This document shows positions 1-8,671 of a stretch of DNA of 64,000 bases, piece after piece. The stretch spans positions 5,370 through 69,369 of the forward strand of contig JBDSHF010000028.1 in the NCBI GenBank assembly GCA_039918595.1, given 5' to 3'. How positions within the stretch are numbered: position 1 is the first letter of the stretch; the number at the start of each line of letters is the position of its first letter. The notes beneath the pieces are model-generated. The model was given only the letters and a program-made list of their open reading frames with translations, was not told the DNA's origin and did no database searches. Position numbers and translations under genes: made by a program. Source of the stretch: Thermoanaerobaculia bacterium (GTDB taxonomy: Bacteria > Acidobacteriota > Thermoanaerobaculia > Multivoradales > UBA5704).

Positions 1-410
1 GGGCCGCACTGCTTGGCACCGTACTTAGTGCCGCTGTTGCAGGAGGTCTTCGCCGACGCTGAGAAGTCGATAGGCAGCGAGATGGTGGAGTCGTCGGTGA
101 AGCGCACTTTCACGTCGAGCGGTGCGGCGGACTGCGACCACTGCGTACCGACCGGGATGGCGACCGAGCCGTCCTTTAGGTCCAGGGCGCCTTGGAGCAC
201 CCGGTCGTCGAGCACCTGATCGCCAACCCGGACTTCGAGGATCTCACTCCGCCGGGCACCGGCGACGTAGATAGTCAGCTCGCCGTTGGAGAACTCCCAG
301 GCGATGCCGTGGCCGTGGTCTTCCGCCTGTGCGGCGACCGGGGCGAGGAGGGAAACTATGGCGAAAAGTGCAACTGTGAGGAGCAGGGTGTGCTGTTTTG
401 TAAAGTTCAC
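1..410 (-). CDS. Secreted hypothetical protein, partial (runs off the window start). GTG start at 410; signal peptide ending AQA.
   Basis: Manual translation of the reverse strand gives VNFTKQHTLLLTVALFAIVSLLAPVAAQA-EDHGHG... with no stop for 136 codons. A perfect AAGGAGG RBS (417-423) lies 6 nt upstream of the GTG. Absent from the ORF track because it is open at the edge. Confidence 0.55.
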   Translation of the reverse strand, partial: MNFTKQHTLLLTVALFAIVSLLAPVAAQAEDHGHGIAWEFSNGELTIYVAGARRSEILEVRVGDQVLDDRVLQGALDLKDGSVAIPVGTQWSQSAAPLDVKVRFTDDSTISLPIDFSASAKTSCNSGTKYGAKQCG

Positions 411-837
411 TGTTAGCCTCCTTGGCTTCTTCAGCGTTTTGCATGTCTCTCGATCGAGTACACGTCGGGCTGCTTGGGACAAGGAGGGAGCGCGCTTTGA
501 CAGAGAAAATCAAGGAGGTTATACTTGTAAGTGGCTTTCCTGAGCGTTCTTGTCTCCGCTAAAAGATTGGACGCTTTAGGAATCTGTCACAAGGGCGCTC
601 CCCAAGAGCGCCTTTTCTATTTTACCTTCAGCATTTCCACCTCCTTATCCCCTAAATTGAAGAAGGCCGCCTGAAGTTCGGGCGGCCTTTCTCATTTACC
701 TCTGACCTAAGCCCCGCTCGCCACGGGGCAGCCGCGTTCCAGGTCTCAGAGGCGCTCTTCTCATATGGCTGGAGAGTACAACCGATCCAATCAAGCTGTC
801 AAGCAAGGTAAGTCGCCATGGCCATCTCTCGGAGTGA

Positions 838-1115
838 CCAAAAACTTCCTATGAGAATTGGGAGCACGACAAACACGAACCGGAGTTCCGGTATTGGCCG
901 GAGATCATTGCCTTCTCCGGGTACGACCCAAGGCGCGAGCCCGAGACTCTCGCGCGAAGAACCCAGGCCACACGCAAGAAGCAAGGTCTCAGCGGGAGCT
1001 TGCCCGGCGTCTCGGGCTCGACCCTTCGACCATCACCGCTTGGGAAGCCGGGACGGTGAAGAGACCCTCCCCTCGGTTCGTCCGGCTATTTGAGGAGTAC
1101 GTGGAGAGTGCCTGA
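838..1115 (+). pseudogene. Frameshifted XRE-family HTH regulator remnant.
   Basis: Frame 1 reads ...TLARRTQATRKKQGLS and frame 0 continues QRELARRLGLDPSTITAWEAGTVKRPSPRFVRLFEEYVESA (HTH_XRE pattern). The frame changes near 975-985. No start codon is found for the upstream part. Confidence 0.4.
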
Positions 1116-1169
1116 AAACCACAACCCCAGGAGTCACCTCCTGGGGTTTTTGACTTGGCCTATAACGGC

Positions 1170-1400
1170 CTAGTGCTTGCTGTCCTTGGGAGGATTTGGA
1201 TCGTTCCCGTACGAGTCGGAATCCCTGATCGTGCCATCGCGCCGGTGGATGACCACCTCCGACCTCTGGTTGATCGCGATTTCCCTTGCCCTCGCGGCGG
1301 CTTCAGCTTGGGTGTCGTGAATCGACGTGACCTTCCCGTTGCCTTCGCCCCGAACTGCCCATTCTCCATCGTGGGGAACTACATGCTGGTCCTTGCCCAT
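1170..1400 (-). CDS. DUF2188-family small protein.
   Basis: HVVPHDGEWAVRGEGNGKVTSIHDTQAEAAARAREIAINQRSEVVIHRRDGTIRDSDSYGNDP matches the DUF2188 consensus pattern. Confidence 0.7.
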   Translation of the reverse strand: MGKDQHVVPHDGEWAVRGEGNGKVTSIHDTQAEAAARAREIAINQRSEVVIHRRDGTIRDSDSYGNDPNPPKDSKH

Positions 1401-2159
1401 GGCGTTGGACCTCCTTCTACGTCAGCGGACGGCACTGACTTCTGATTGAGTAGGGGACCCCGTCCTGGTCCGATGCTGCTTACACTGCAACGATCCTATC
1501 AGGCTTGAAGAAGGAAAAGCAAGGAAAAACACAACATACGGTATCGATACCCTACCTGATACCCCATCTGTTGTGGATGTCGTGGGGGAGCTGGACACAC
1601 CGGGGCATCCCCTCTGGTAGGGGGGCGGCCGACAGGCCGTGAGGTGTTTGGGCACTAGTCCTGTTGTAGGCGCTGGCCGGCTCCGCTGCCTTATTCCCCC
1701 ACGCTTCCGCGCTCCCCCAGGTGGGACCGGGACGTTGCCCCTAAAACGCACCTCGAAAAGTGCGAGTGCTGGATCGACTACCAGCCCGTAGCCCGGATTT
1801 CGTGCAGCGAACAAAGGAGCCCCTCTCGGCTCCTACCGACGGTCGGCGGCTTCGACTCCCACGTCGGGGCTCTGCCACCCCGACTACCTCGCTCTTTTGG
1901 CGCCTCACGGCGGCGGGAAGAGAGCTGTGCTTGACCCCTAGACTGTGCCGTACCGCTTACGTCCAACTACTGCCCCCGAACCTACACCCTAAAAGACTGC
2001 GAGGTCAAGAGAAAACCACAAGATCTTGTGGCGGTGACCAGCGGAGTATGGATCTATAAGGGTAAGGCGATGCCTTGGCGGAAGGCATGCGGGAAGGCTT
2101 TAAGAAAGGTATCCTGCGGCCTACCAGTTACTTCGCTCCGATGAGCTAAGGAGAGGAAA

Positions 2160-2417
2160 ATGCACACCAGCAGCATTGTTAATAGTCTAGGGCTCGTCAT
2201 CAACATTATTGGTACTTTTTTCGTATGGAAGTATGCACTTCCAAAAACTTTAGACCCAAGCGGCGTACGCCTCCGCACTCGCTCAGGGCTTGATCCGGAA
2301 GGTCCAAGCGACGAGAAGCTGCTCTTCCGCTCTCGGAACGAGCTTGGTTTCAAGTTCCTCCTGTTTGGATTTTTCCTCCAGCTCGCCAGCAATTTCCTGC
2401 AACAGCTAGGTCACTGA
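2160..2417 (+). CDS. Small two-TM membrane protein (85 aa), AT-rich.
   Basis: Strong RBS ctaaggagaggaaaATG. Two hydrophobic helices (LGLVINIIGTFFVWKYAL and FKFLLFGFFLQLASNFL). Codon usage is atypical for the host (low GC). Confidence 0.5.
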   Translation: MHTSSIVNSLGLVINIIGTFFVWKYALPKTLDPSGVRLRTRSGLDPEGPSDEKLLFRSRNELGFKFLLFGFFLQLASNFLQQLGH

Positions 2418-2691
2418 CCGACGACGGACCTTAGACAGATTTTGCCCGCCTCCAAGTACTCCTCACACTTGCGACCACTCCCGGTGAGGAAATCGCAGGG
2501 CTTGCCGATACCTCCATTTTCGATCGCTCCTTGTGTACGTCTCAAGGTAACTTGTTCTCTGCTAAGAAAATGTCTCTGACCTGCCGGCGATTAGTCGGCT
2601 CTCGACAAGTAGCGCACCATCCCTCCAAGCAGCGAGTCCCTCGTCGGCCATGGTGGCTTGCTAGGGCGATTCGCTGCGGAAGGGAGTCGCT

Positions 2692-2973
2692 ATGGCTGGG
2701 TTCCATGTCCGAAAGATCGCGGCCGCTCTGTCCCTCGCCCTTCTCCTTGGAGGCGTCCCCTGCCGAGGAGAGTCGCGAAGAAGTCGTCCGGGAACGACAC
2801 CTCGGCCGGGAGAGAGCATCCAAGAGGAAGTCTCGAGGATCTTCCGCCACGTGTTTGGAAGCATCTTCGAGAAGACCGGGAACACTCTCGACCCGAACGG
2901 AGGCACGCGGCCGACGGCTCCGCCAAGCGGGGCTTCCTCGGACACCGGCAACACGCTTGACCCGAACGGATAA
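2692..2973 (+). CDS. Small secreted protein with tandem GNTLDPNG repeats; the C-terminus ends LDPNG.
   Basis: N-terminal signal-peptide-like segment MAGFHVRKIAAALSLALLLGGVP. RBS gaagggag. Internal DNA repeat at 2876-2902 and 2944-2970. A hairpin plus T-tract terminator follows at ~2985-3015. Confidence 0.55.
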   Translation: MAGFHVRKIAAALSLALLLGGVPCRGESRRSRPGTTPRPGESIQEEVSRIFRHVFGSIFEKTGNTLDPNGGTRPTAPPSGASSDTGNTLDPNG

Positions 2974-3097
2974 CGAAACGCGGGGCGGGGCCTTCAGGGG
3001 CTCCGTCCCCTTTTTCCAGCATGTCACCTTCTTCTAGGTTACAACACCTTCTTTTCTAGGTACTATTCGCCTCACGAGAGAAAGGAGGGGGCACCCG

Positions 3098-4426
3098 GTG
3101 TCAAACATAGAGCACGAGCACCTGACGAGGGAGATGTTGGAGAGGTACTTCAGCACGACGCCAATTGAAGAAGTCAGCCACATGCTTCTGCATCTCCTCG
3201 CCGTCTGTCCCGAATGCCGGGAAGCGGGCGGGAGCATTCTTGCTGCCTACGAAGCGGGGGCGATCGGGATCCAGTTCTCCTCGGTCGATGTCGATCTCTT
3301 CGCGTCCAGAAGAGCCGCACGAGACCTTTGGGAGACTATCAAGCCGCTTTCCTCTGAGGACCAGCTCCGCCTGATCCGGACTGCTGACGAGTATGTAAGC
3401 TGGGGTCTTACTGAACTCCTATCGAGGGAGAGCAAGAAAGCGGGACCGCGGGACCCGTCCCGGGCGGTCGACCTCGCTTTGCTCGCCGTCGAGGTGGCAA
3501 AGCGCCTGGGCGAATGGCAGCCCTGCGAGAAGTACTGGCTCTATGAACTGCGCGCCTATGCCTTCGCCCACCTTGCGTCTGCGTACCGCATCTCGGGCAA
3601 CATGCGCGAAGCGGAGAAGGCCCAGAAGCGAGCCGACGGATGGTGGAAGGAAGGGGCGGCGAGCATGGGCGACATTCTGGGCTACGAGCCCGAGATCCTC
3701 TCCCTCAAGGCGTCTCTCCGGAAAGACCAGCGCCGCTTCGATGATGCGCTCGTGCTCCTGGACGAGGTTGTCGGGATCTACCTTGCCGGAGACCCCGAGA
3801 CCCAAGACCTGCACATGGCGGGGAGCACGTTCGTCCTCAAGGCGAAGACTTTCGAGGAAATGGGAAACCTCGAAGAGGCGCTTGCCTTCCTGCGAGAAGC
3901 TTCACCCTTGATTGACCCCGAGCGCGAGCCGCGACTCCTCCTCTGCGTGCAGCACAACCTCCTCGACTACCTCTCAAATCTTGGGCGCCCCGAGGACGCG
4001 AGAGCGATGCTTCCCAAGGTCTGGAAGCTCTCCCGGGAACTTGGAAACGAACTCGACATGGTCAGGCTTACCTGGACCGAGGGACTCATTCTAGCCGCGC
4101 TCAACGAGACTCTTCCGGCGGCAAAGCTTCTTCTCTCCGCCCGTGCCGAGTTCATCTCCCGAAACATGGGCTATGACGCTGCTCTCGTTTCTCTCAACCT
4201 TGCTCTCATCTACGCCAAAGAAGGCCGCGTCGCAGCGATCGCGGACCTCGCCCGGGAGATGGTCCCCATCTTCGACGCCCAGGATGTCCACCGCGAAGCG
4301 CTCGCCGCTCTCGCGGTCTTCCATCGAGCAGCGCTCCATGAGCACGCGACGGCCGAGCTCGTCGGGAAAGTCGCCCGCTATCTCGAAACGGCGAGAGGAA
4401 ATCCGGGGTTGAAGTTCGAGGAGTAG
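3098..4426 (+). CDS. ZAS-domain (HxxxCxxC) anti-sigma-like protein with a C-terminal TPR-like domain; island paralog of the chromosomal family at 37.4-43.2 kb.
   Basis: GTG start with RBS aaggaggg. N-terminal HLLAVCPECREAG ZAS motif. Conserved LIDPEREPRLLL...HN and the C-terminal IFDAQDVHREALAAL block are shared with the ORFs at 37440, 40508 and 41937. Confidence 0.8.
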   Translation: MSNIEHEHLTREMLERYFSTTPIEEVSHMLLHLLAVCPECREAGGSILAAYEAGAIGIQFSSVDVDLFASRRAARDLWETIKPLSSEDQLRLIRTADEYVSWGLTELLSRESKKAGPRDPSRAVDLALLAVEVAKRLGEWQPCEKYWLYELRAYAFAHLASAYRISGNMREAEKAQKRADGWWKEGAASMGDILGYEPEILSLKASLRKDQRRFDDALVLLDEVVGIYLAGDPETQDLHMAGSTFVLKAKTFEEMGNLEEALAFLREASPLIDPEREPRLLLCVQHNLLDYLSNLGRPEDARAMLPKVWKLSRELGNELDMVRLTWTEGLILAALNETLPAAKLLLSARAEFISRNMGYDAALVSLNLALIYAKEGRVAAIADLAREMVPIFDAQDVHREALAALAVFHRAALHEHATAELVGKVARYLETARGNPGLKFEE

Positions 4427-4439
4427 GGAGGACGGCAGG

Positions 4440-5069
4440 TCAGAGCACCTTGTCCGCCCAGAGGTATCGCTTGCCGAACGTGAAGCCATGCCGCTCCAGG
4501 AACCTGACGACCGAGCAGCGGGTCACTTCCCCGTCCGTATAGGCAAACCCCCCGACACTCAGGGTGCCGGGGGGAATCTGCCTGAAGAGAGTCGCCATAA
4601 GCTGCGTTGCCACACCCGCGCCCCGGTACTCCCCGATCACCCCGAGGTGCCAGATGTAGACGGTCGGCCCCTCGACGGTCGCATGAACGAATCCCCAGAG
4701 GCGGCGGGCATTCTCGGCAAGGAGGGAGATCGCATTCGGCGCGAAGAGGCGCCGGCCAAACTCTATCTCTCCCATAAAGCCGGAAAGCGAACTTGCCTGC
4801 AACTCGGGAATTCGGAGGGCGAGCCGATAGACCCACCCGAGATCAGCCGGCTCGACCCGGCGGACCTTTACGCCGAGGATGACGTGCTTCTGCGTTTGCC
4901 TGAGGTACGCTTCGTCGGCGATGTCCGCGAGCCGTTCGACCTCACGGCCACCAACAACGGAGAGCCAGTCCCCGACAGAGTCGAAACCGGTGTGCTTTGC
5001 CGTGCGCTCCCAAGCCGCGCTCTGCTCATCGTCCACCTTGACCGTGTAGGTCCTGAGCTTCCGTGCCAT
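4440..5069 (-). CDS. GNAT N-acetyltransferase with an N-terminal ribbon-helix-helix-like segment (RHH-GNAT fusion).
   Basis: C-terminal YIWHLGVIGEYRGAGVATQLMATL is the GNAT acetyl-CoA motif. The N-terminal RKLRTYTVKVDDEQSAAWERTAKHTGFDSVGDWL resembles RHH antitoxins. Confidence 0.75.
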   Translation of the reverse strand: MARKLRTYTVKVDDEQSAAWERTAKHTGFDSVGDWLSVVGGREVERLADIADEAYLRQTQKHVILGVKVRRVEPADLGWVYRLALRIPELQASSLSGFMGEIEFGRRLFAPNAISLLAENARRLWGFVHATVEGPTVYIWHLGVIGEYRGAGVATQLMATLFRQIPPGTLSVGGFAYTDGEVTRCSVVRFLERHGFTFGKRYLWADKVL

Positions 5070-5296
5070 GAAACCTCTTCAAAAACGGAGTGTTTAGAGC
5101 TTCTTGCATCGGGGAGGCGGGGGCGATCCAGAGGGGCCATCCCCTCGCGGTTCACCGAGGCTCAGAGCGCCTTCTTCCGCTGTAGCGCAGATACGAGTCG
5201 AGAAGGAAAAGTCGTTTCCTGAAAGTCTCATTGCGTGCCGCAGAGTAGCAAAAATTACCGTTGCAAGGAAAGTCGAGATCGAGTAGAGTCGCGTCT

Positions 5297-5650
5297 ATGA
5301 GTGCCACTCCGCTTACGGACGCCCTTCTCCCGGACCTGGGACTGGCTTTTCGTTTCCTGCGGGAGCAACGACGAATGCAGCAAGCCGAACTCGCCCGGCG
5401 GGCGCATATAGGGAAGTCGCAGGTCTCCCTCTACGAGAACGGAAAGCAGGCGCCGAACTTGGAGACGATGCTCCGCCTTCTCGCCGCTCTCGAAGCGGAC
5501 TTCCATGACCTTCACAACGCCATCAAGATTGCCGGAGGGAAGCTCGATCAAGTGTGCTCCGGCATGCCGAATCGGGACGAGCAGGCGGCGGCTGAAAAGA
5601 TCGCCCAGGGCCTCGCGCTTCTCCTTCAGCTCCCCCGCAAATCGAACTAG
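5297..5650 (+). CDS. XRE-family HTH transcriptional regulator.
   Basis: LGLAFRFLREQRRMQQAELARRAHIGKSQVSLYENGKQAPNLETMLRLLAAL HTH_XRE motif. The ORF track starts it at a TTG at 5261; an ATG at 5297 is preferred here. Confidence 0.7.
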   Translation: MSATPLTDALLPDLGLAFRFLREQRRMQQAELARRAHIGKSQVSLYENGKQAPNLETMLRLLAALEADFHDLHNAIKIAGGKLDQVCSGMPNRDEQAAAEKIAQGLALLLQLPRKSN

Positions 5651-5655
5651 CCGCT

Positions 5656-6033
5656 TCACGACAAACGCTCCACGGTCGAGAGGATCGTCTCAAGGAACTC
5701 CACGACGGCACTTCTGTGCCGAGGAAGGAGCGCCTGGAGGCGGAGCAGGGACCCGACGAGTTCCGTGTTCACGGAATCTCGCGCAGGCTCGCCGATGAGG
5801 CTCCCGAGAGTAATTCCAAATGCAAGCGAGAGCTGGTAGAGGGTATAGGTTCGAGGGAGCATGAGACCGGCCTCGTACCGCTCGACATAAGCGCGAGGAA
5901 GCCGGAGAACTGTCGCAAGATCCGCCTCGGTCCACCCTCGCTCAAGACGGAAGCTCCTGATTTTCGATCCGATGAGCGCGGCGAGATCGCGCCGCTTTCG
6001 AGGTGGAGGTATTTCTCGCATGCCCGAGATCAT
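5656..6033 (-). CDS. XRE-family HTH transcriptional regulator.
   Basis: IRSFRLERGWTEADLATVLRLPRAYVERYEAGLMLPRTYTLYQLSLAFGITLGSL. Convergent with the gene at 5297..5650. Confidence 0.7.
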   Translation of the reverse strand: MISGMREIPPPRKRRDLAALIGSKIRSFRLERGWTEADLATVLRLPRAYVERYEAGLMLPRTYTLYQLSLAFGITLGSLIGEPARDSVNTELVGSLLRLQALLPRHRSAVVEFLETILSTVERLS

Positions 6034-6232
6034 CCCGGAAACGCCGCCCCCTTGTCAACCCATATGCCGCCTCTGAGGCGGCATATGGGAGACAGCCCTC
6101 CTTTTTTAGACCGCGCCATCGGTAGCGAAGAAGGGCGCCTAATCGCCGGATTACGTGCCACACTACCCGGCGAGATTATGGACCGGCATGCCGTGGCGGC
6201 TCGCCTGAGTTCCATGATCCTGCGAGGCGACT

Positions 6233-6502
6233 ATGACTAGACGGTCTTGTTTCGGAGGAGCGGTCATCGCATTGTCCCTACTCGTTTGGCTCGGAGGATC
6301 TCGTCCGGTGAACGCGTCGCCATTCACCGCGGCAAGCATCGCTGAGCGCGTTCAGGCAATCCTGCCCAACTCTTTGGAGCGGATGCTCGATGCGCTCTCC
6401 CGGCGAGAGCATCCCCGCCGGCCTCTCAAGTGCAGTGGCGGTATCGATCCGAACGGGAAGCCCAGTCCCGCGCCGCCACCTTGCACCGCCTGCGGTAGCT
6501 GA
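6233..6502 (+). CDS. Small secreted protein (89 aa) with a C-terminal GGIDPNGKPSPAPPP motif.
   Basis: Signal peptide MTRRSCFGGAVIALSLLVWLGGSRPVNA-SP. Lies immediately upstream of the TPR paralog at 6562. A hairpin follows at 6515-6545. Confidence 0.45.
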   Translation: MTRRSCFGGAVIALSLLVWLGGSRPVNASPFTAASIAERVQAILPNSLERMLDALSRREHPRRPLKCSGGIDPNGKPSPAPPPCTACGS

Positions 6503-6561
6503 AACCTCGCTTCCCCAAGCCGCTCAAGAGATCGGCCTGGGGAAGCTTTTCCTTCAACTCC

Positions 6562-7590
6562 GTGCGAGAATACGACGCACCAGGGGGCATAGTGACGAAG
6601 GACTCTGACGAGCTTCAAGACATCGATCTTCTCCTAGAGGAGAGCCGGGCGCATCGCTTCAGCGATCCCGAGAGGGTCGTCTATCTCGCCGAGCTAGCGC
6701 GTGCGGCAGCCGACCGGCTTCAAGTCTCCGTTCACGGGCGCGCCGCGGTGGCTGACACGCGGGCAAAGGTCTGGACGGAACTGGCAAACGCCTATCGCCT
6801 GTCAGACGAGCTTGATCGGGCTGAAGAAGCGCTCGGCCGGGCAGTGCGTCACTTCGAGGAAGGCAGCCGGCACCCCGATCTTCTCGCTCGTATCGTCGAC
6901 CGCTTCGCTACGCTCCTTTGCTACCGCCGCCGTTTCGATGAGGCCCTCGCCCTGCTTGATCGCCTCGCATCCTTCTACCTCGCGAGAGGAGATCGCCATC
7001 TCGCCGGCAGGACCCTCGTCACCCGTGGTCTCTATACAGAGAACGCGGGCGAAGCTCTGCGGGCAATCGAATTCACCCGCCGGGGCCTTGAGCTTATCGA
7101 CCCGGCCCGAGATCCCCACCTTCTCCTCGCGGGGGTGCATAACCTCCTCTGGTGTGCAAGCGCCCTCGGGCGGTACGCCCTGATCGAGCGCCTAGTGCCC
7201 CGGGTTCGCTTCCTCTACGGAGACGACCGGCTGAACGTACTTCGCCTTGAGTGGGTGGAGGCGCGGGCAGCCTTCGGACTCGGTAGAGGAGAGGAGGCGG
7301 AACGGCTTTATGAGAAGGTCCGGGCCGGCTTTGCCGATGCCGGGCTCATCTTTCCTACCAGCCTCGTCTCTCTAGAGCTGGCTCTTGTCTGGTTGTCACG
7401 GGGGCGGACAAGTGAGGTCGCCCTGCTTGCGGGCGAGCTTGCGACCGCCTTCCAGGGACTGAAAGTCGGACGGGAGGTCATCGTATCGCTCCTCCTCCTT
7501 CGGCGGGCAATAGAAGAGGGGCGTGCCCTTGACGAGCTGGAGGGTAGGATTCGGTCTCTCGCGATCTCGATCCGCTCTCTGGAACGGTAG
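6562..7590 (+). CDS. TPR-like domain protein; paralog of the ZAS-TPR family but lacking the N-terminal ZAS domain.
   Basis: LIDPARDPHLLLAGVHNLL and the C-terminal ...GREVIVSLLLLRRAIEEG block align to the ORFs at 3098, 37440 and 40508. GTG start with a weak RBS. Confidence 0.7.
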   Translation: MREYDAPGGIVTKDSDELQDIDLLLEESRAHRFSDPERVVYLAELARAAADRLQVSVHGRAAVADTRAKVWTELANAYRLSDELDRAEEALGRAVRHFEEGSRHPDLLARIVDRFATLLCYRRRFDEALALLDRLASFYLARGDRHLAGRTLVTRGLYTENAGEALRAIEFTRRGLELIDPARDPHLLLAGVHNLLWCASALGRYALIERLVPRVRFLYGDDRLNVLRLEWVEARAAFGLGRGEEAERLYEKVRAGFADAGLIFPTSLVSLELALVWLSRGRTSEVALLAGELATAFQGLKVGREVIVSLLLLRRAIEEGRALDELEGRIRSLAISIRSLER

Positions 7591-7594
7591 CGCC

Positions 7595-7984
7595 CTACTC
7601 CTTACGAGGAGTGGGCGAACCCTTCTTGCTCGCTCGAATTGTCTTATGCACTGTCTCCTCTATCCGCCGGTCAAGCTCCTCTTCGCTCATGGCGGGAGGC
7701 AGGAGGATCGGGTCAGGAGCGTGCCCTTGCGAGAGTTCCTTCATGAGCCGGTCTGACAGCGGTATCTCTTTGTAGACAAGCCTGAAAAATACAAGGGGCT
7801 CCACTCTCAGCACCTGGAGGACTTCCAGGAGCTGGCGGAGCTTGATCTCCCATTGCCCCTTGAGGAGCTTGGTGAGGGAACTCTTGGCCCATCCCACACT
7901 GCGCTCAATCTCTCTCTTCGACGTCCCGGAACGGCTGATGAGTTCCTGGAGGACATCGATGTACCGGCGTATTTCCTCGTCCAT
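7595..7984 (-). CDS. HTH (XRE-like) DNA-binding protein.
   Basis: SKREIERSVGWAKSSLTKLLKGQWEIKLRQLLEVLQVL helix-turn-helix pattern. Divergent from the gene at 8249. Confidence 0.55.
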   Translation of the reverse strand: MDEEIRRYIDVLQELISRSGTSKREIERSVGWAKSSLTKLLKGQWEIKLRQLLEVLQVLRVEPLVFFRLVYKEIPLSDRLMKELSQGHAPDPILLPPAMSEEELDRRIEETVHKTIRASKKGSPTPRKE

Positions 7985-8248
7985 CGCGGCCTCATTCTAC
8001 TCCAGTGTCCGCGTCTGAAGCCCAAACTTATCCGTCTCGGGTCGCTGCATCGGCCATGAAGAGCCGGTATAGAAACTCGGGAACCTCGGCGGGAGATGGT
8101 CTTCGCACGTCCATGCTTGTTTCTTCCTTCAGACACTACGACGCGCCGGAGTTCACGGCTGTAGATTCCCTAAGTCGTTCTAGATGATCGACTTGTGAGA
8201 GATACCTGTGGGGGAGGATAGAAGTCGTCTCGATAGCATATCTTCCGC

Positions 8249-8671
8249 ATGGACATGTTCCGGAACACGGGCTTAGGTCTACGCATTCTCCGAGAGTGGC
8301 GGGGAAAGAGCATCAGGGCGCTTGCCGCCGAGGCGGGAATCGGAAAGAGCCAGCTCTCGAAGTATGAGAATGGGAGGGAGCTTCCCAAACTTGACTCCCT
8401 ACAAAAGATATTACGGGCGCTCTCTGTCGGTTCCGTCGATTTCTTCTCCCTGACTACGCTTCTCGACAGGAAGCTCGAAAGCCTCTCGAATCCGGAGAGG
8501 ACTGACGATCTTCTTACGCTTCAATCGTTCGGCCTATTTACCCCTGAGATCACGGCAGCCTTCGAGAAGATCATGAGCGCCGTCCTGGAGGCTCACCACC
8601 TGGTTGTTCGTGAACTCGCCTTGAAAGTCACAGAACTAAAGACCCGAACAGTGAGAGAGCCCCATGACTAA
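8249..8671 (+). CDS. XRE-family HTH transcriptional regulator.
   Basis: LRILREWRGKSIRALAAEAGIGKSQLSKYENGRELPKLDSLQKILRAL. Confidence 0.7.
   Translation: MDMFRNTGLGLRILREWRGKSIRALAAEAGIGKSQLSKYENGRELPKLDSLQKILRALSVGSVDFFSLTTLLDRKLESLSNPERTDDLLTLQSFGLFTPEITAAFEKIMSAVLEAHHLVVRELALKVTELKTRTVREPHD

Noticed and set aside
1-600. The missing 3' fragment of comM at the left edge
   Set aside because: The minus-strand ORF at 1-410 encodes a signal-peptide protein unrelated to ComM. The other comM junction must lie outside the window.
2531-3037. Cluster of five or six overlapping 90-170-aa ORFs around 2.5-3.0 kb
   Set aside because: Mutually exclusive frames. Only the signal-peptide ORF at 2692-2973 has an RBS, a terminator and an internal repeat consistent with coding. 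The others are compositionally artefactual.
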